A stretch of DNA of 63,717 nucleotides, the filler included, from Choristocarpus tenellus KU-1152 (Eukaryota > Protista > Phaeophyceae), in the NCBI GenBank assembly GCA_964200185.2. It is 10 parts of 10 records of this genome, joined end to end, with 100 filler letters (N's around TTAATTAATTAA, not from the genome) between each part and the next. Parts side by side here need not be neighbours in the genome. Positions count along the whole stretch, not along the records: positions 46,912 to 51,815 come from CAXNAD020012586.1; positions 51,916 to 55,831 come from CAXNAD020017164.1; positions 55,932 to 60,196 come from CAXNAD020015404.1; positions 60,297 to 63,717 come from CAXNAD020020151.1; 6 more parts are not named here. One strand, 5' to 3'. The notes under the pieces were generated by a model. It had not been told where the DNA came from, did no database searches, and was given only the letters and a program-made list of their open reading frames with translations. Positions within the stretch are counted from its first letter, which is position 1. Every line of letters begins with the position of its first letter. Of the stretch, positions 50,607 to 63,717 are shown in pieces. The translations under genes and the position numbers were made by a program.

Positions 50607-51099
50607 TGGTATGGACCTGCCAAGTCATCGTTCTTAGTCAGACTCGTGCACCACTTGCAATTCACCCTGGGCTAGACGTACAGGTCCACTGCACCGTTGT
50701 CCCCTATGATGAAGTGGAAGGCTTGAGGGAAGAAGGTGGGGCGGATAGGTGCTCATTAGGTCATTGTCCAAACAGCAGTGTGTCAAGAATATGCTTTCTC
50801 TTCTTGCGTAAAGGAGATTACTACGTAAGAAACAATCAGTTGGTGGAAGAGAACAAGTTTGTATTCTGAAGTGTAGGAGATAGGTATGGGTTAGTGAAGT
50901 AGAATATGGGAGAGTCAAGGAACAGGAAACATTGTGTACCCTGTATAATATGTGATTAGTAATTTAGAGTGATCCACACAGAGAATAGGATTGACTTGGT
51001 TGGCAAGGACCGCCCCCACATTGGGGCTCGAAGACCCACTCCTCCTTTCTCTTTCCTTACTTTATCTACAACCTGTCCAATCCAATAAAGAATTAAGAC

Positions 51100-51172
51100 A
51101 CAAAATATCTGGGAGGTGGGCGGGGGTCTACACCAGGGTGTCCATCTGGGCGAAAACCAGGAAAAGTGCACT
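51100..51172 (-). mobile_element. MITE family B partial copy
   Basis: CAAAATATCTGGGAGG..GTCTACACCAGGGTGTCCAT..GGAAAAGTGCA matches 46738-46811. Confidence 0.75.
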
Positions 51173-51426
51173 TACATTATCCATCCAACGTATGCAGAGA
51201 CGGCTATATCAAAATCGCGCACCGTACATGGACTGCAGGAGAGGGACTGCAGAGACTTATACTGCTCCCTCCAAAGTTCGTGGTCTATAATAGTGATTTA
51301 TGACGGGGAGGGATACCCTCCTATTGATACAAACTTTCTTACATGTGCTTCTATGAGTAGATGAAAGGGCGCTCTTTTCGTCCCAGGATCATATAAGGGT
51401 GAGCTGCGTCAAGTTTAATGCAACGA

Positions 51427-51685
51427 GATTCAAAGTATCTTAGAGGGTAGAGCCGGGTTCATTTGGGGTCCAAAATCCAACGTTGCAATTTTGATGTAAT
51501 TTTGGCTATTGTGTTTGTTACGAGATGTCAATATCCTTGTTCCAGACACACCTTTTCATAACGTACACATTTTACCTACTCTGTATTATTTGGGAGTAGG
51601 TAAAATGCTATTAAATTTCCGTGGGAAGCCAAGCCCCAAATGTATAAACAGGGAAAACCTCGTACCCTCTAAGATACTTTCACTC
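51427..51685 (+). mobile_element. MITE family A (Sola2-like), copy 3, TSD ACGA/GCGA
   Basis: Perfect inner TIR AAAGTATCTTAGAGGGTA / TACCCTCTAAGATACTTT; internal sequence homologous to the other copies. Confidence 0.9.
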
Positions 51686-51744
51686 GCGAGATGGACAAAA
51701 AGGGAAGTCCAAGAAGCCAGCATGGCTATGGGGGTCTTTGGTCA

Positions 51745-51815
51745 GGGTCAAAGTATCTGGGGGGGGGTGTCGACGTCTGTTTTTCCCCCTTTATTCGATT
51801 TTCACTTTTTTGGTG
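51745..51815 (+). mobile_element. MITE family B-related terminus at a contig end
   Basis: GGGTCAAAGTATCTGGGGGGGGTGTCG...TTTTCACTTTTTTGGTG; shared with 34529-34593. Confidence 0.65.
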
Positions 51816-52125
51816 NNNNNNNNNNNNNNNNNNNNNNNNNNNNNNNNNNNNNNNNNNNNTTAATTAATTAANNNNNNNNNNNNNNNNNNNNNNNNNNNNN
51901 NNNNNNNNNNNNNNNGTTAGGGTTAGGGATATCGATCGCTCTCTCGCTTGATATATGTGCTATAGGGTTAGCCCTGACTTGCAGCCTCTCGAGCTCTGCC
52001 CCCCCAAACCTGGAATGAAATGCTCTCCATCCTGTCGGGGTCCCTCCATGCAACCGGCCTTCCTTTCTGTTCTGTGCGTTGGGTGTTGTTCCTTTTGGCT
52101 TGCTTGGTTATTGGTAGTCAACCAG

Positions 52126-53154
52126 CACATCCGTGGACTGCATCACACCCAAGGCAATCAAGAAGCTAGGGGGAGGGGGCCCAGGTATGGTCAAGTACGA
52201 AGGAGCCATAGTGATGTGGGCCACGCCTGCGAGGTGAGTCGAGGCAAAGATGTGATTTTGGCCTCCTATTGCTTGGTAGGCGTTTCCAGCGTGTTGCTGA
52301 TGATGATGTAGTAGAGATACTGGTCAGGCGTTTGTGTACATACATACCCTTGGAGTGTGAGTGTGTACACGTGTTTGTTTAAGCTGTGTGACCGGAGTAC
52401 ACAGGAAAAATGAGCGTGATGGCATTTTTTGGTGTTTTGCAGTTACATCTTCCGGCTGCGTTCTGGATTGTGATGTCCTACCTAGTACCTGGTTATGTAA
52501 AACTTGACGTTGTGCTGGTGACCACGTTGTGTGGTCTTGCATGGAATAGGTCATACTTTGTGCTGGAGAGTGGTTAGTAGATATTCCCACTGTTTCATCT
52601 TAGACGATTGGAACTATCGTATCTCTGGCTTGAAAGCATTGTTTTATACTTTTTTTTCCTCTTTAATATTATTATTATTATTATTGCTCCAGAGTGTTGC
52701 TTAAACAGCGAAATGTGTCCTTTTGGGGGGTTAGGGTTAGCTCTTTTTTCTACTTTATGTCCAACCAATGCCAGAAAATCAAAGGTGACATCACTTATGG
52801 GTGTGCCTGGTAATTGCTGTTCTGTGGTGTCCGGAACCCTTGCCTTGACTGTAGGAGACTGTTGCCCTTGTCCCTATCGCAGTGTACACGTACCATCTTA
52901 ATATATGTTGTCTCTACCTGCCCCTATCTTGAATGTCACCCCAATACTTCAAACCTTTGCAATATGTGGTACTATTGTTAGTGTCGTTCCATCTACCAAG
53001 TTTATTGATTGGGATCTGCAGTTTTGCTCGCTACTTACATGCCCACGTGAGACACTTGCGATGCCTTCCATTGTACAGACCTCCATCTCTGGAACCATGG
53101 CCCTGTTTATTCCATGAGTAAAAATTATGTTGTCGACAATTTGCTGGTCCTTCT

Positions 53155-53195
<41 letters not shown>

Positions 53196-53635
53196 CACCA
53201 CCAAACCGACAAAAAATATTTAGTAAACTCTCAACTCCCTCCTCGGAGGGGANNNNNNNNNNAAAAAATATGGTGTCGGCAATTTTGTGGTCCTTCTTCC
53301 CCCCCCCCCCCCTCCCTACTGTCACATTTGACTACATCGAAAATGAGTGTCAAAATTTAGTGCATACCTACCTGACTGATGGGACGGCATAAGTATTGGC
53401 AATGACCCAATGGGATTAGTGTACTTTACAAGCGACATCCTCCTGCAACCCCTCGACCTTTTTTTATTATTATTATATTATTATTGTTTCCATGTCTGTT
53501 ACACATGAAACGGAACAAGTCGTCAAGCGAGACCAGCTGGCTCATACTGCCCCATCCTACACCCTCTGTTTGCCACTGCAGGGTAGAAGCCGTTGTTGCT
53601 GCCCGGCAACAGGAGCTGATGTCATCGAGCACCTA
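52126..53635 (+). CDS. Last two exons of an unidentified gene (52126-52232, 53582-53635)
   Basis: TSVDCITPKAIKKLGGGGPGMVKYEGAIVMWATPAR|VEAVVAARQQELMSSST*; GTGAGT donor, CTGCAG acceptor, matching phase 2. Confidence 0.5.
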
Positions 53636-54944
53636 ATGCAGAGCAATCTGTTCCGTCCAATGCAGTACCTGGGAATTTTCTTGACTTTTTCTTTTCGGCA
53701 CATCTTAAGATGAACAAGAAGATCAGCATTCTCGATGGAGGGAGATCCAGTGGGTTTGCTTGTCGAGGACTTGTTCCCTCAAGGCTCTACAACAATGAAT
53801 GGATTGGCATATGGATTACAACCTGCAGTGATAGTGTTCTGCCTGTTCCCCTTTACCAGTTCTATTTATCCAATGCATGTATGTGATACAACAACTGGGC
53901 ATTGTATCAGTTCATGATTGTAATAATGTGGATTGTCTGAGGGATTTGTTGCTGTACACGGAGATAGAGCAACGCGTACAAAGCACACAGTCATTTGTAT
54001 TGTTAACAGCTTGACCATTTATCCTAAGCATTTGGCAAGCGTGAATGAGTCTCCTATTTTTCCCTGCCTTGCCTGCAGCATTGGTTTGCTGTAGTAATTG
54101 AGTTACGAAATGAGGTGTGGAACACCACCTTGTTCTGCATCATGCTAGCTGAAAAGTCTAATTATCAGATAGAGTTTGGTAGGTAGATACCCTTCTTGCT
54201 GGATGGTGTTACCAAGTCTACTGGGTAAAGTGTTGAAGTGTGATATTTCCTGTGATGTAATTCATTGTGCCCGTGCTATACTTCTCCTTGGAGTCCCAGG
54301 GCAGGGCTTATGAGATGCATCAACCCTGGCTTGGGAAGCAAGGTACCTCCCATAACACACTACTCAAAAACCGCCTCTTTCTCATTTCTTCAACATCTTT
54401 GAAGTATGTGAGAAAAACAAAAAGTGGAATAATAAGGCTAACAAGAAAAATTATCACAAGGAGTAACAATTGTGTCAAGCATTAAGATACTACCCCTCTA
54501 TCATTTGTAGGAACTGACGGGGCAGGGTGTAGGGAGAGGAAAATTGCCACTCATGTACTTCATCAATTCGTGTATTGCTGGGCTGTACTATTGCTGAAGG
54601 TTCTTGTGTTGTTGTGACCATTTGCTCCCAGTCCGGACTGGGTGTAGCCTGGAGTACAGCGAGTTTGTATGATTTTTTTCGTGATACACAGCCGTTCAAA
54701 AATGAAGCAAAGGTAGGAAAAAACTAGTCTTGGAGGAATCAGATCATTTGGAAAATAAAGCTGCAATGCGCCACAAGCTCAGACGGATTGCCCCCCACTT
54801 TCCCCACAGGTACAGTTTGAAGTACAATAATGTGTAGTGTTTTTCACATTTGTGACATTTTTTTTCTTTAGGGCTTAAACTGACATGTATATAGCTTTCA
54901 TTTGTTTCCCCCCTGACACATCTTGCAAAATGTCAGAGGGCATT

Positions 54945-55202
54945 GAGCCAAAGTATCTTAGAGGGTACAGCCGCGTCCATTTGGGGACCAATATCCAGTG
55001 TTGCAATTTTGATGTAATTTTGACTATCATGTTTGTTAGGAGATGTCAATATCCTTGTCTGAACACTCCTTTTCATAACATATACATTTTACCTACTCCG
55101 AAACATTTGGGAGTAGATAAAATGTCAATAAAAACACGTGGGAAGCCAAGCCTCACATGGACAAACAGGGCAAAATTCGTACCCTCTAAGTTACTTTCAC
55201 TC
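54945..55202 (+). mobile_element. MITE family A (Sola2-like), copy 4
   Basis: Same TIRs and internal sequence; flanks CATT / (C)ATT. Confidence 0.88.
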
Positions 55203-57610
55203 ATTATAACATTATAACATAAAATAATGTGGGGTGTAATAATGGTACATAGTATTAATATTACATTACGTGTTTTGTTATACATACATCGCACTCTCAA
55301 CCTTTTTCTTCTACCCAGCTGGAGAACATACTACCATCACACCTGCAACCTCTCGACATGGTCAATGTGTGTGAATCTTCATCGATATTCCATTTTGTAG
55401 TACCGACTTGCAAGCCCACTCTAGAGACCTAGTACTACCACATTTACTCTTCCAGTCAACTTTTTTTCTCTATGAAGAATGATTTGCCATCAGTCATCAT
55501 CAGTAAACGAACGAGCTGAGAAGCACCAAGTGAGCGACATATTCTTCAGCGTCAAATATATGTATGTAGTCATAAATCGAGGAAAGGAGGGGGCGGGGTA
55601 CTTGCAAGATCTGTAGGAGGGAACGCGAACATGGTATCTATCGTCATACGAAAAATAAAAAGTATATTTATGTGATGTATCAGAATGCTTTCTTTAGTGT
55701 TTTAGTGTGAGCAACAATATCGCACCCTGTTCTCTACAGTGTATGCTGCTTCTTCTCCCCTCAACGAAAGCATTAAATAGCCTCTCAGCAAAATTGAGGA
55801 TGGAGCATACTATGGAGGATGGGTTTGACCCNNNNNNNNNNNNNNNNNNNNNNNNNNNNNNNNNNNNNNNNNNNNTTAATTAATTAANNNNNNNNNNNNN
55901 NNNNNNNNNNNNNNNNNNNNNNNNNNNNNNNACCGTTTGCACTTCGTTGAAATACAAGAAGAAATACTCGCTCTATTCGCCTGTAACAGTAGTCACTGAG
56001 ACGAGTGCATGGGAATAGCACCTGACAGCAGTGGAAGTCCAGTCCATATGTCTTAGGCACAGGCTGTTTTGACGTAGAGAAAGATGTGCAAGGGATGCCA
56101 TACAGGAGAAGGACTGTCGAGCATTAGGGTTGTGCAAGTCAGACAAGTCTGCAACACCCTCATACAGAGATGTCCCCAAAATTATCTTCACCATATCAAC
56201 CCGCCACAGGACATGGACCCAACGAGCTCATGACAAAAGCAAAGCTGGCCTATAATTGCGTGAACAGAGCTCAGAAGGGCACACGACAACAACAATAGTC
56301 ATCAAATGGATGGAAGTCATATATGGTGTTGGGGAGGATCAACCTTCAATACGGAAACACAGTTTACAGCCCGGGATAGCACTATGGAGTATGAACCCAC
56401 GAACACAGGAGAATATAGGGATTTTGTTGGTGGTAGCCAACAACCCAGACTTAAAGAAGATACAACAGCGTTTGTATCTTCAACTTGATCCCCACCAACA
56501 GTAAGGGAGAGAATGACTGCGCTTGAGTTTATGTTATGGCTTATTCCTCCAAATAAGAATAAATACAGGCATTAACGTAAGCTAGTATGTGGGACGTGAC
56601 ATTTCAATATTTGGCACTTCAGCGCAAAGGTACAGAACCAATGCACAAGTGAGGCTGACAAACCCTGACTAGTTCAACAGGCAAGCTTGCATGATCTCTC
56701 TGTGAACTGCACACACATCCTCGTACCTTGTTGGTAGTCTACCAGCTTCTGTCGAGGGAATGCATACGCTTACGGGTTCAGAACCGTTTGATGTAAGATT
56801 TTACTGAAGGATATCGAATTTTGATGGACCATATGGTAAACATAACGGAACAATTCACTTGTACCCTCCTGTCTGTCCGTAAACCACAAAAAAGAACACA
56901 TAAAACCTGACTCGCGGTGGCAATGCTTCATTACAGCAAGGGAGCACTGCACAGGAGGAGGCCGAGCGGCGCGGGGTGGGATGACTAAACCCAACGCGCA
57001 AGAAGAAAGGTAAGGATAGTCACAAGGCGTGTATTTAATTGGTTGGAGGGAAATAACTGTTCATAGTTGTATTTAGAAGGAAGCACATAGTAGCAATATT
57101 GCGGTGTGGTCATGCACACCTCAGACCTCAGACACGCCACATAGAGTGCCTTCATGCATTCGGTTGTTGCCAACATGAACCATTGTAGTGAAATGCACAA
57201 CCACCATCACCATCAACTAGTTTTAAGATAGGAAATATTGACTGACAATGCCTTGGATCTTTCCTATTTCGAAATTCGAAAAAATGTTTTATCCATATCT
57301 CGGATCAGTGTAACCGATACAATTTTCATACCATCCATAATCGAACAGATCTATGGGGATTTTCAGTAGAGTTTTGTATAGCGTTTTATTTTGTGAATGT
57401 ACAACAGAAAAAGTCCTCAAAGGAACGCAAAATCGAGAGGGCTGCATCACCAAATGTGCAGCCCTTAACGCTTCGTACCTCAGAATAGTCTCATTCCCAG
57501 ATATATTTTAGTCGAAAGGTTAAACTCTTAGAATCAACTCGATTTTCTCCGCAACCCACCAACCCTCCCCCCCTATCATCTCCTTCCACATTCCATTTTG
57601 AGACACCTGA

Positions 57611-58604
<994 letters not shown>

Positions 58605-60296
58605 AAGCAAGGATCATTGTTTGTGTGTTGTGGTTTGTCGTATAGGCAGAGGCGGCTTCTTTAGCTCAGGGCTGATCTCTTGCGCCAATTTGATCTAGAG
58701 GTAATTTTCCACTGCCTGTGTCGGGCACTTTGACTCTGACATAGCAGTACAACCGCCTGCGCGAGTGGTGTAGTCCTGGCTGGGCCTTTAGTCCTTCAGG
58801 AGGAGCAACCTTGTGCTCACGTATAGATATTGAGTGGGAGACTGCACCAATCCAAAAGTGCCGTGTACATACCCTCATTCCATGCAGTTGCTTTGTAGAG
58901 GGATCAATGCATGCTGAGATTGTAATATCATGACACAATCCTCATGACCTTTGATTCTATCTGTGCTACGTTTATGGGGGTCTTTCTGCTTTCTCCCGTT
59001 CTTTTTCGCTTTCAGTAGTATTGAATGGAGTTACTAGTATTTTAGTGACCTCTGTGCCTACTCCATGTCATACAACACACTGAATATAGAGATTGAAAAA
59101 AAACTTGCACAACATGGTCACATCAGCTGACATAGACTATCAATGCTCTCAACTTCAAATAGAAGTTGAGAACCCTGATAGAAAATGTATGCTTGAGAAT
59201 AGTACACTTTTTGATGGCTACAACCTAAATTTACATGACTATTGTGAGGATGGGGTGTGTATGGGCTTGCAATGTATAGCCTTGGCTACAATGGAGAAGT
59301 TCTTAGGTCTGTGTACCATGTGACAGTCGAGTAGCATCACCCTGGTTTATATGCAGTAAAAACCTACTCCACTCCTTGACCAGGATCTTCGTAAACTTGA
59401 ACAAATACTTAGTCTCTTCTTAACTGATTAGCAAACATCATACTGGATTCTTATTACTATTATAGGTCAATGCATGATGCCATGATGATGGCAATCCATT
59501 TTTTTTATTATGCAAATTGAACTTAACCATAACCATGGAGAAAGAAGCACTACACACAGAGCACACTCAGTTCCACCCCATTGAAAAAAAAAACCAAAAA
59601 GTAAAAGTTGTGTTTTAACAATCTCACCAAAGGAAGGCCGAGAGATACATAGATACAGAAGAATTAAATGTAACAATATACAGGAAAATGAATAAATCTA
59701 AACAAAAACAATATCGGGAAACAGAGATAAAGAAAACTCAAATGTAGCAGGAAGTAGCAAGAACAACTACTAGGTCTCAGTGTGCACCAGCACAAATGCC
59801 AAGGTCCAATATTGCCCCCTGTCCACTTATTGGGAAAGGACAAGTCAAGAAACAGCAACAGAGAAGAGGAAGAGAAGCAAAATAGTGACAGAAAGAGTTC
59901 TCCAAAAAATGAACTCTACCATCATTTACATACAATAAACAGCCGTTCATCAAAATTGAGGATGGAGCTTTTTAGCGAGACGCGGATTGGTGTGCGGAAA
60001 GTGCCCATATGTTTTTTTTGGAAATGTTGCGGCACTTTTGGAAGGCCTCACTACGAATGGGAATCCATCCCAACGAAGGTGGTAGTAGGACAGTGTGTGG
60101 GGGCGGCAACGATTTCGTTTGATCGTCGTGTATATGTATGCCCTGCGTTGGCTTGCTTGCTTGAATAATTAGTGCGGTCGGTGGAGTCGTTTGACTNNNN
60201 NNNNNNNNNNNNNNNNNNNNNNNNNNNNNNNNNNNNNNNNTTAATTAATTAANNNNNNNNNNNNNNNNNNNNNNNNNNNNNNNNNNNNNNNNNNNN

Positions 60297-60350
60297 CGAA
60301 AAAAGGGTGCAAAACGGACACCGACACCCCCTCCCAAGATAGTTTGACCC
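60297..60350 (-). mobile_element. MITE family B-related terminus at a contig start
   Basis: CCGACACCCCCTCCCAAGATAGTTTGACCC is the reverse complement of the GGGTCAAA.TATCT..GGGG.TGTCG end. Confidence 0.55.
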
Positions 60351-63300
60351 ATTTCCAGGCCTACATGAAGTCGAACTAAAAAGTCTTCATCAAACAGTTT
60401 AAGAGCATACCTTCATTTTCCTTTCATGGTACACATGCAGTTGGATTGTATTAGTTACTCAGTTATAAAGGTACATCTCCTTCTGCAGTTTGAGATATGC
60501 GTAGCTGTTATTGTAGATAGATAGCACAGGTGACATTATAGACACAACACAACCACAGTCAAGGAATAGTCTCATATATATCTGCATCACAGGTCTCGGA
60601 GTGTAAGCACTCTAGATCTCATGTTCGCCCTGTGCAGCATTGTGTAGTCACTCGCTTCAGCATTCCTCTCTGAGTGAAGAAAAAGCAAATAACAAGTATG
60701 ATAGTAATAGAGACAATGGGAGACACATTACAATACACCCCTTCACACCATCAACCATGTGTCTCGGTCTCACCTTCTAACAATTCACCCCCCTGCCCAT
60801 TGGCCTCACTTGTAGTGCATGTAACATAAAACTAGATCCGCACGCTCATTCCAGACTAAAATGCTGCACCAGGTCACTCCTCCCCTCCTCAGTAGGAGCA
60901 TTCAAAGTTCTCATCTGATCATCCCATGAGATTCATGGTCAACACATTCCATCCATGCAATGATCACACCAACCTTTTCTTGTACCAGTGGTGACATGTG
61001 GTGGCCCTGGCATACCACCAACCAAGTGGCAGTGTGATCTTTCAGTGTGCATGACACGACCAAAGTTTGTGGAGAGTGCACAGGGTACTCATAAACTACC
61101 TTCCAACCACACATGGTATGGTGTGTCCAATCATCTAGGTTGGGTCTGATCAATATGGTCCAAATAGGACTCATGACACAAGATTAACCAAAATGGTGTA
61201 TGGTTTGTTGGTAGACATACCTGCCTTGTTACTGAACGATTTAAAGAGGAACGACTAATAGTGTCTGCATAATACCCACAGTCTTATCAAAGACGCCAGT
61301 AAAGACAAGTACTGAACAACTCTGCAAATTACAACTCAACTGCCCATCTGTCTATGCAACATCACTATTTACTGCTCATCATTTCTTGGGGTAAAGAACA
61401 ACACATTCGCCTCTCTTGACTTCGCATTTAGTGTGTGGAGAATGGGGTGGGCTACTTGCATGTATCTGGTCGGCAACTTTATTGTCCTCATTCTTCCAAC
61501 GTTTTTATTCATAGAACCTCCCAATCCTAACAAGAGAAGCGAAGGTAATGCAGGGTGTAAATTGTGCCATTTGTGTGTGGCTTTAAACTTTTTTCTCTTT
61601 TTAGAGCAGATAAAAATGGTGTTTCCTCTATTTTAGCCATAACAGGGTATAAATAAAATGGGTAAAAAGGGAAATGAATAGCGTGCTTTATCAATGTAGT
61701 GTAGGAGGTGTATCTATATGCACTCAAACATGTTGATTTGTGAGGTAACACATCTAGTCCATTGGTGCTATCCTTTGATGTGAGTGTGTGCATTACAGAA
61801 GGAAGCAGGGACAGAGAAAAATGGCCATCACCATCATGTGGGACCTTGTGATCAAAGTCAAGTTCTATCTTAGTAGACAAAGAAATTAAAGTAGAGATCA
61901 TACTGCTGTGGAGGGGTAGAGAGTGGGATTTTGTGGATACTGCAATGTATCAGTATGTATGTGTGGGAGTAGCGAAGGATACTGTCCGATCACATGCTAC
62001 CTCAGCACCCCCTTCATATACAGATACATTCTGCATGCTGTTATTAGGTTGTTTACCTGATCATGTCTTGGTCTTGCTTGATACCCCCAGCATGTCCCAC
62101 CCACCACCAGCTCCTACCAGATGGATTTCAAAGCGTCAACTTTTCTCATCTCTATCAATCTGAGCTTGAACATTGGGACCTGCAGGACACACAAGGAATG
62201 CTTCATGAAAAGAAAGGAAACTTAACTAGCATCAGGCTGGCAGGATGATTGTGGATGGACAGGGGCACAGGAATGGTGGAACAGATACCTGAATAACGTA
62301 GGAGGGGAGTCACTCCAAACAAACTGAAGTGTGGAAGCATACGTGCACATAGTTCATCAAATGAGCAATTGGACCAACACCAACGGCAACAAGAGATTGA
62401 AAGCAGACACAATCAACACCAAAACATTATTGTTGTACATACCAAGACCACAAAATCATTTGTGTTCAAGCACCTCAATCTAACAAAATACAACGTACAA
62501 CGTATGTTGCTTCTGCATTATGTTCGAGTGTATGCAGAAATTGCTTGTTTGAGTCAACCAAAACTGTGGAAGGGGGGAACAGCACCTAACACCCCAAATT
62601 TACTGGCCAACACATAGAACCATTGACAGGACACCTCACGCTTCCTAGATAGAGGAGAGGTTGTCTCCTCTATAGGCATTTGATCCTTCTGAAATGGGTG
62701 ACGGCTTAAAAGCCATCGGTTGTTTTGGTTGGTCCCTTTCGGGACCAAGTTGTCGGTGATGATTGACCCCTGGTTGGTCTGTAGTTTTGACCAGGCTTCA
62801 TGACAGATTGAGTTGCTAAATTGTAGGGTGGGGAGGCTGAACGATATCCTGAATGTTTTCACACCCGTAACACAAACTGTGTTCCATTTCTACCCCCCTC
62901 GTTCCAACCTTGCACTCCATCACTGCCACTGGCAAATGCTTGCAGTTCCTTCTGTGGAGTCTTGTAGAAGTTGCAAAAAATATAGAATACTCAAATCCTC
63001 TCTCAACGCTGTAGTGTGGTGAGGACCAGACAGTCCGTCTGCTTGACCACACGCCAGCCACAGCAGCTTCAGGTTTGCACATATGGTCCCGCCATCCCCT
63101 CTTCCACCAAGCTCCCTCATCTTCACTTGTATCCAGGGTGACCTCTGCGTTTGGACTGATTCGCACGAAACAAGAAGTCTTGAGTGTGCCCCTTGCGTGC
63201 ATGGACATCACCCCTTTAAAGTCCCTTACCCCCCCCCCTACCCCCCAATCAAGCTGGCTGCCAACCTCTTAACCCAAGCTCTTACCAGTTGGGTATGGAA

Positions 63301-63717
63301 AAATATAACAATTAACTGTTCCATGTTTGTCAACAGAGAGTCACAAGTCTTCGGTACTAACAGAGCTCACGGAAAGGTCCTCCCTCCCCCTCCTCACATA
63401 CACATACAAAACACACCACACAAGCCTGCATTCTATCCTGCCAGATCATTTCCTGTCAGGATCCTGATCAAGCAGATTGCTCCTCCTTCAACGACTTCGT
63501 GCATAGTCCCAGAACACCTCCACTTCAAGCTTCCTAAAAGCGAAGGAGCCAGTAATATTCTCTCCTATCCCTTCTAACATAAAGTATGTAATGGGTCAGT
63601 TTGTCACTGACCCCCCCCCCCCACCCTCCCCTCCCAATGCTACTGCCCTCCTAGCTGTTGGCAACAACCTTCATTATGTCCATTGCATCAAACTTGAACT
63701 CGCCAAACAGGCCTAAC

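Noticed and set aside
50684-50869. BAH-domain-like terminal exon
   Set aside because: Resemblance is too weak and no upstream exons were found.
53135-53315. Direct repeat with poly-C flanking a small N gap
   Set aside because: Probably a gap-edge assembly artefact or homopolymer-associated repeat; the poly-Pro/Gly ORFs here are spurious.
60900-61200. Mariner-like transposase fragment (WKVVYEYPVHSPQ ~ HPPYSPDL)
   Set aside because: Single short motif with no TIRs or catalytic residues identifiable.

Overview
Eukaryotic, intron-rich genomic DNA, most likely a brown alga or close ochrophyte relative. This taxon is inferred from a bipartite plastid-targeting presequence, a cycloartenol synthase, TTAGGG-type motifs and a brown-algal-type REL retroelement. 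The window is not continuous: it is ten short contigs joined by artificial N44-TTAATTAATTAA-N44 linkers. Host genes I could reconstruct by hand: two cycloartenol synthase exons; an F-box/LRR gene head-to-head with a WDFY3/Alfy-like BEACH gene; a 13-exon orphan membrane-protein gene; the 3' end of an HPS5-like gene with a RING finger; a plastid-targeted DUF1415 gene; ARM-like exons; and a complete calmodulin gene. Intergenic and intronic space holds decayed Gypsy, Copia, REL-LINE, pogo-like and hAT-like relics. It also holds two related MITE families; family A has GAG...CTC termini and 4-bp TSDs (Sola2-like). The most unusual signal, at about 31-1290, is a heavily decayed, intronless relic that reads as fused histone folds (H2B?-H2A-H4-H3, possibly one more H4) followed by an acidic repeat ORF, reminiscent of giant-virus histone repeats. 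All homology calls are by-eye motif recognition, not database searches.
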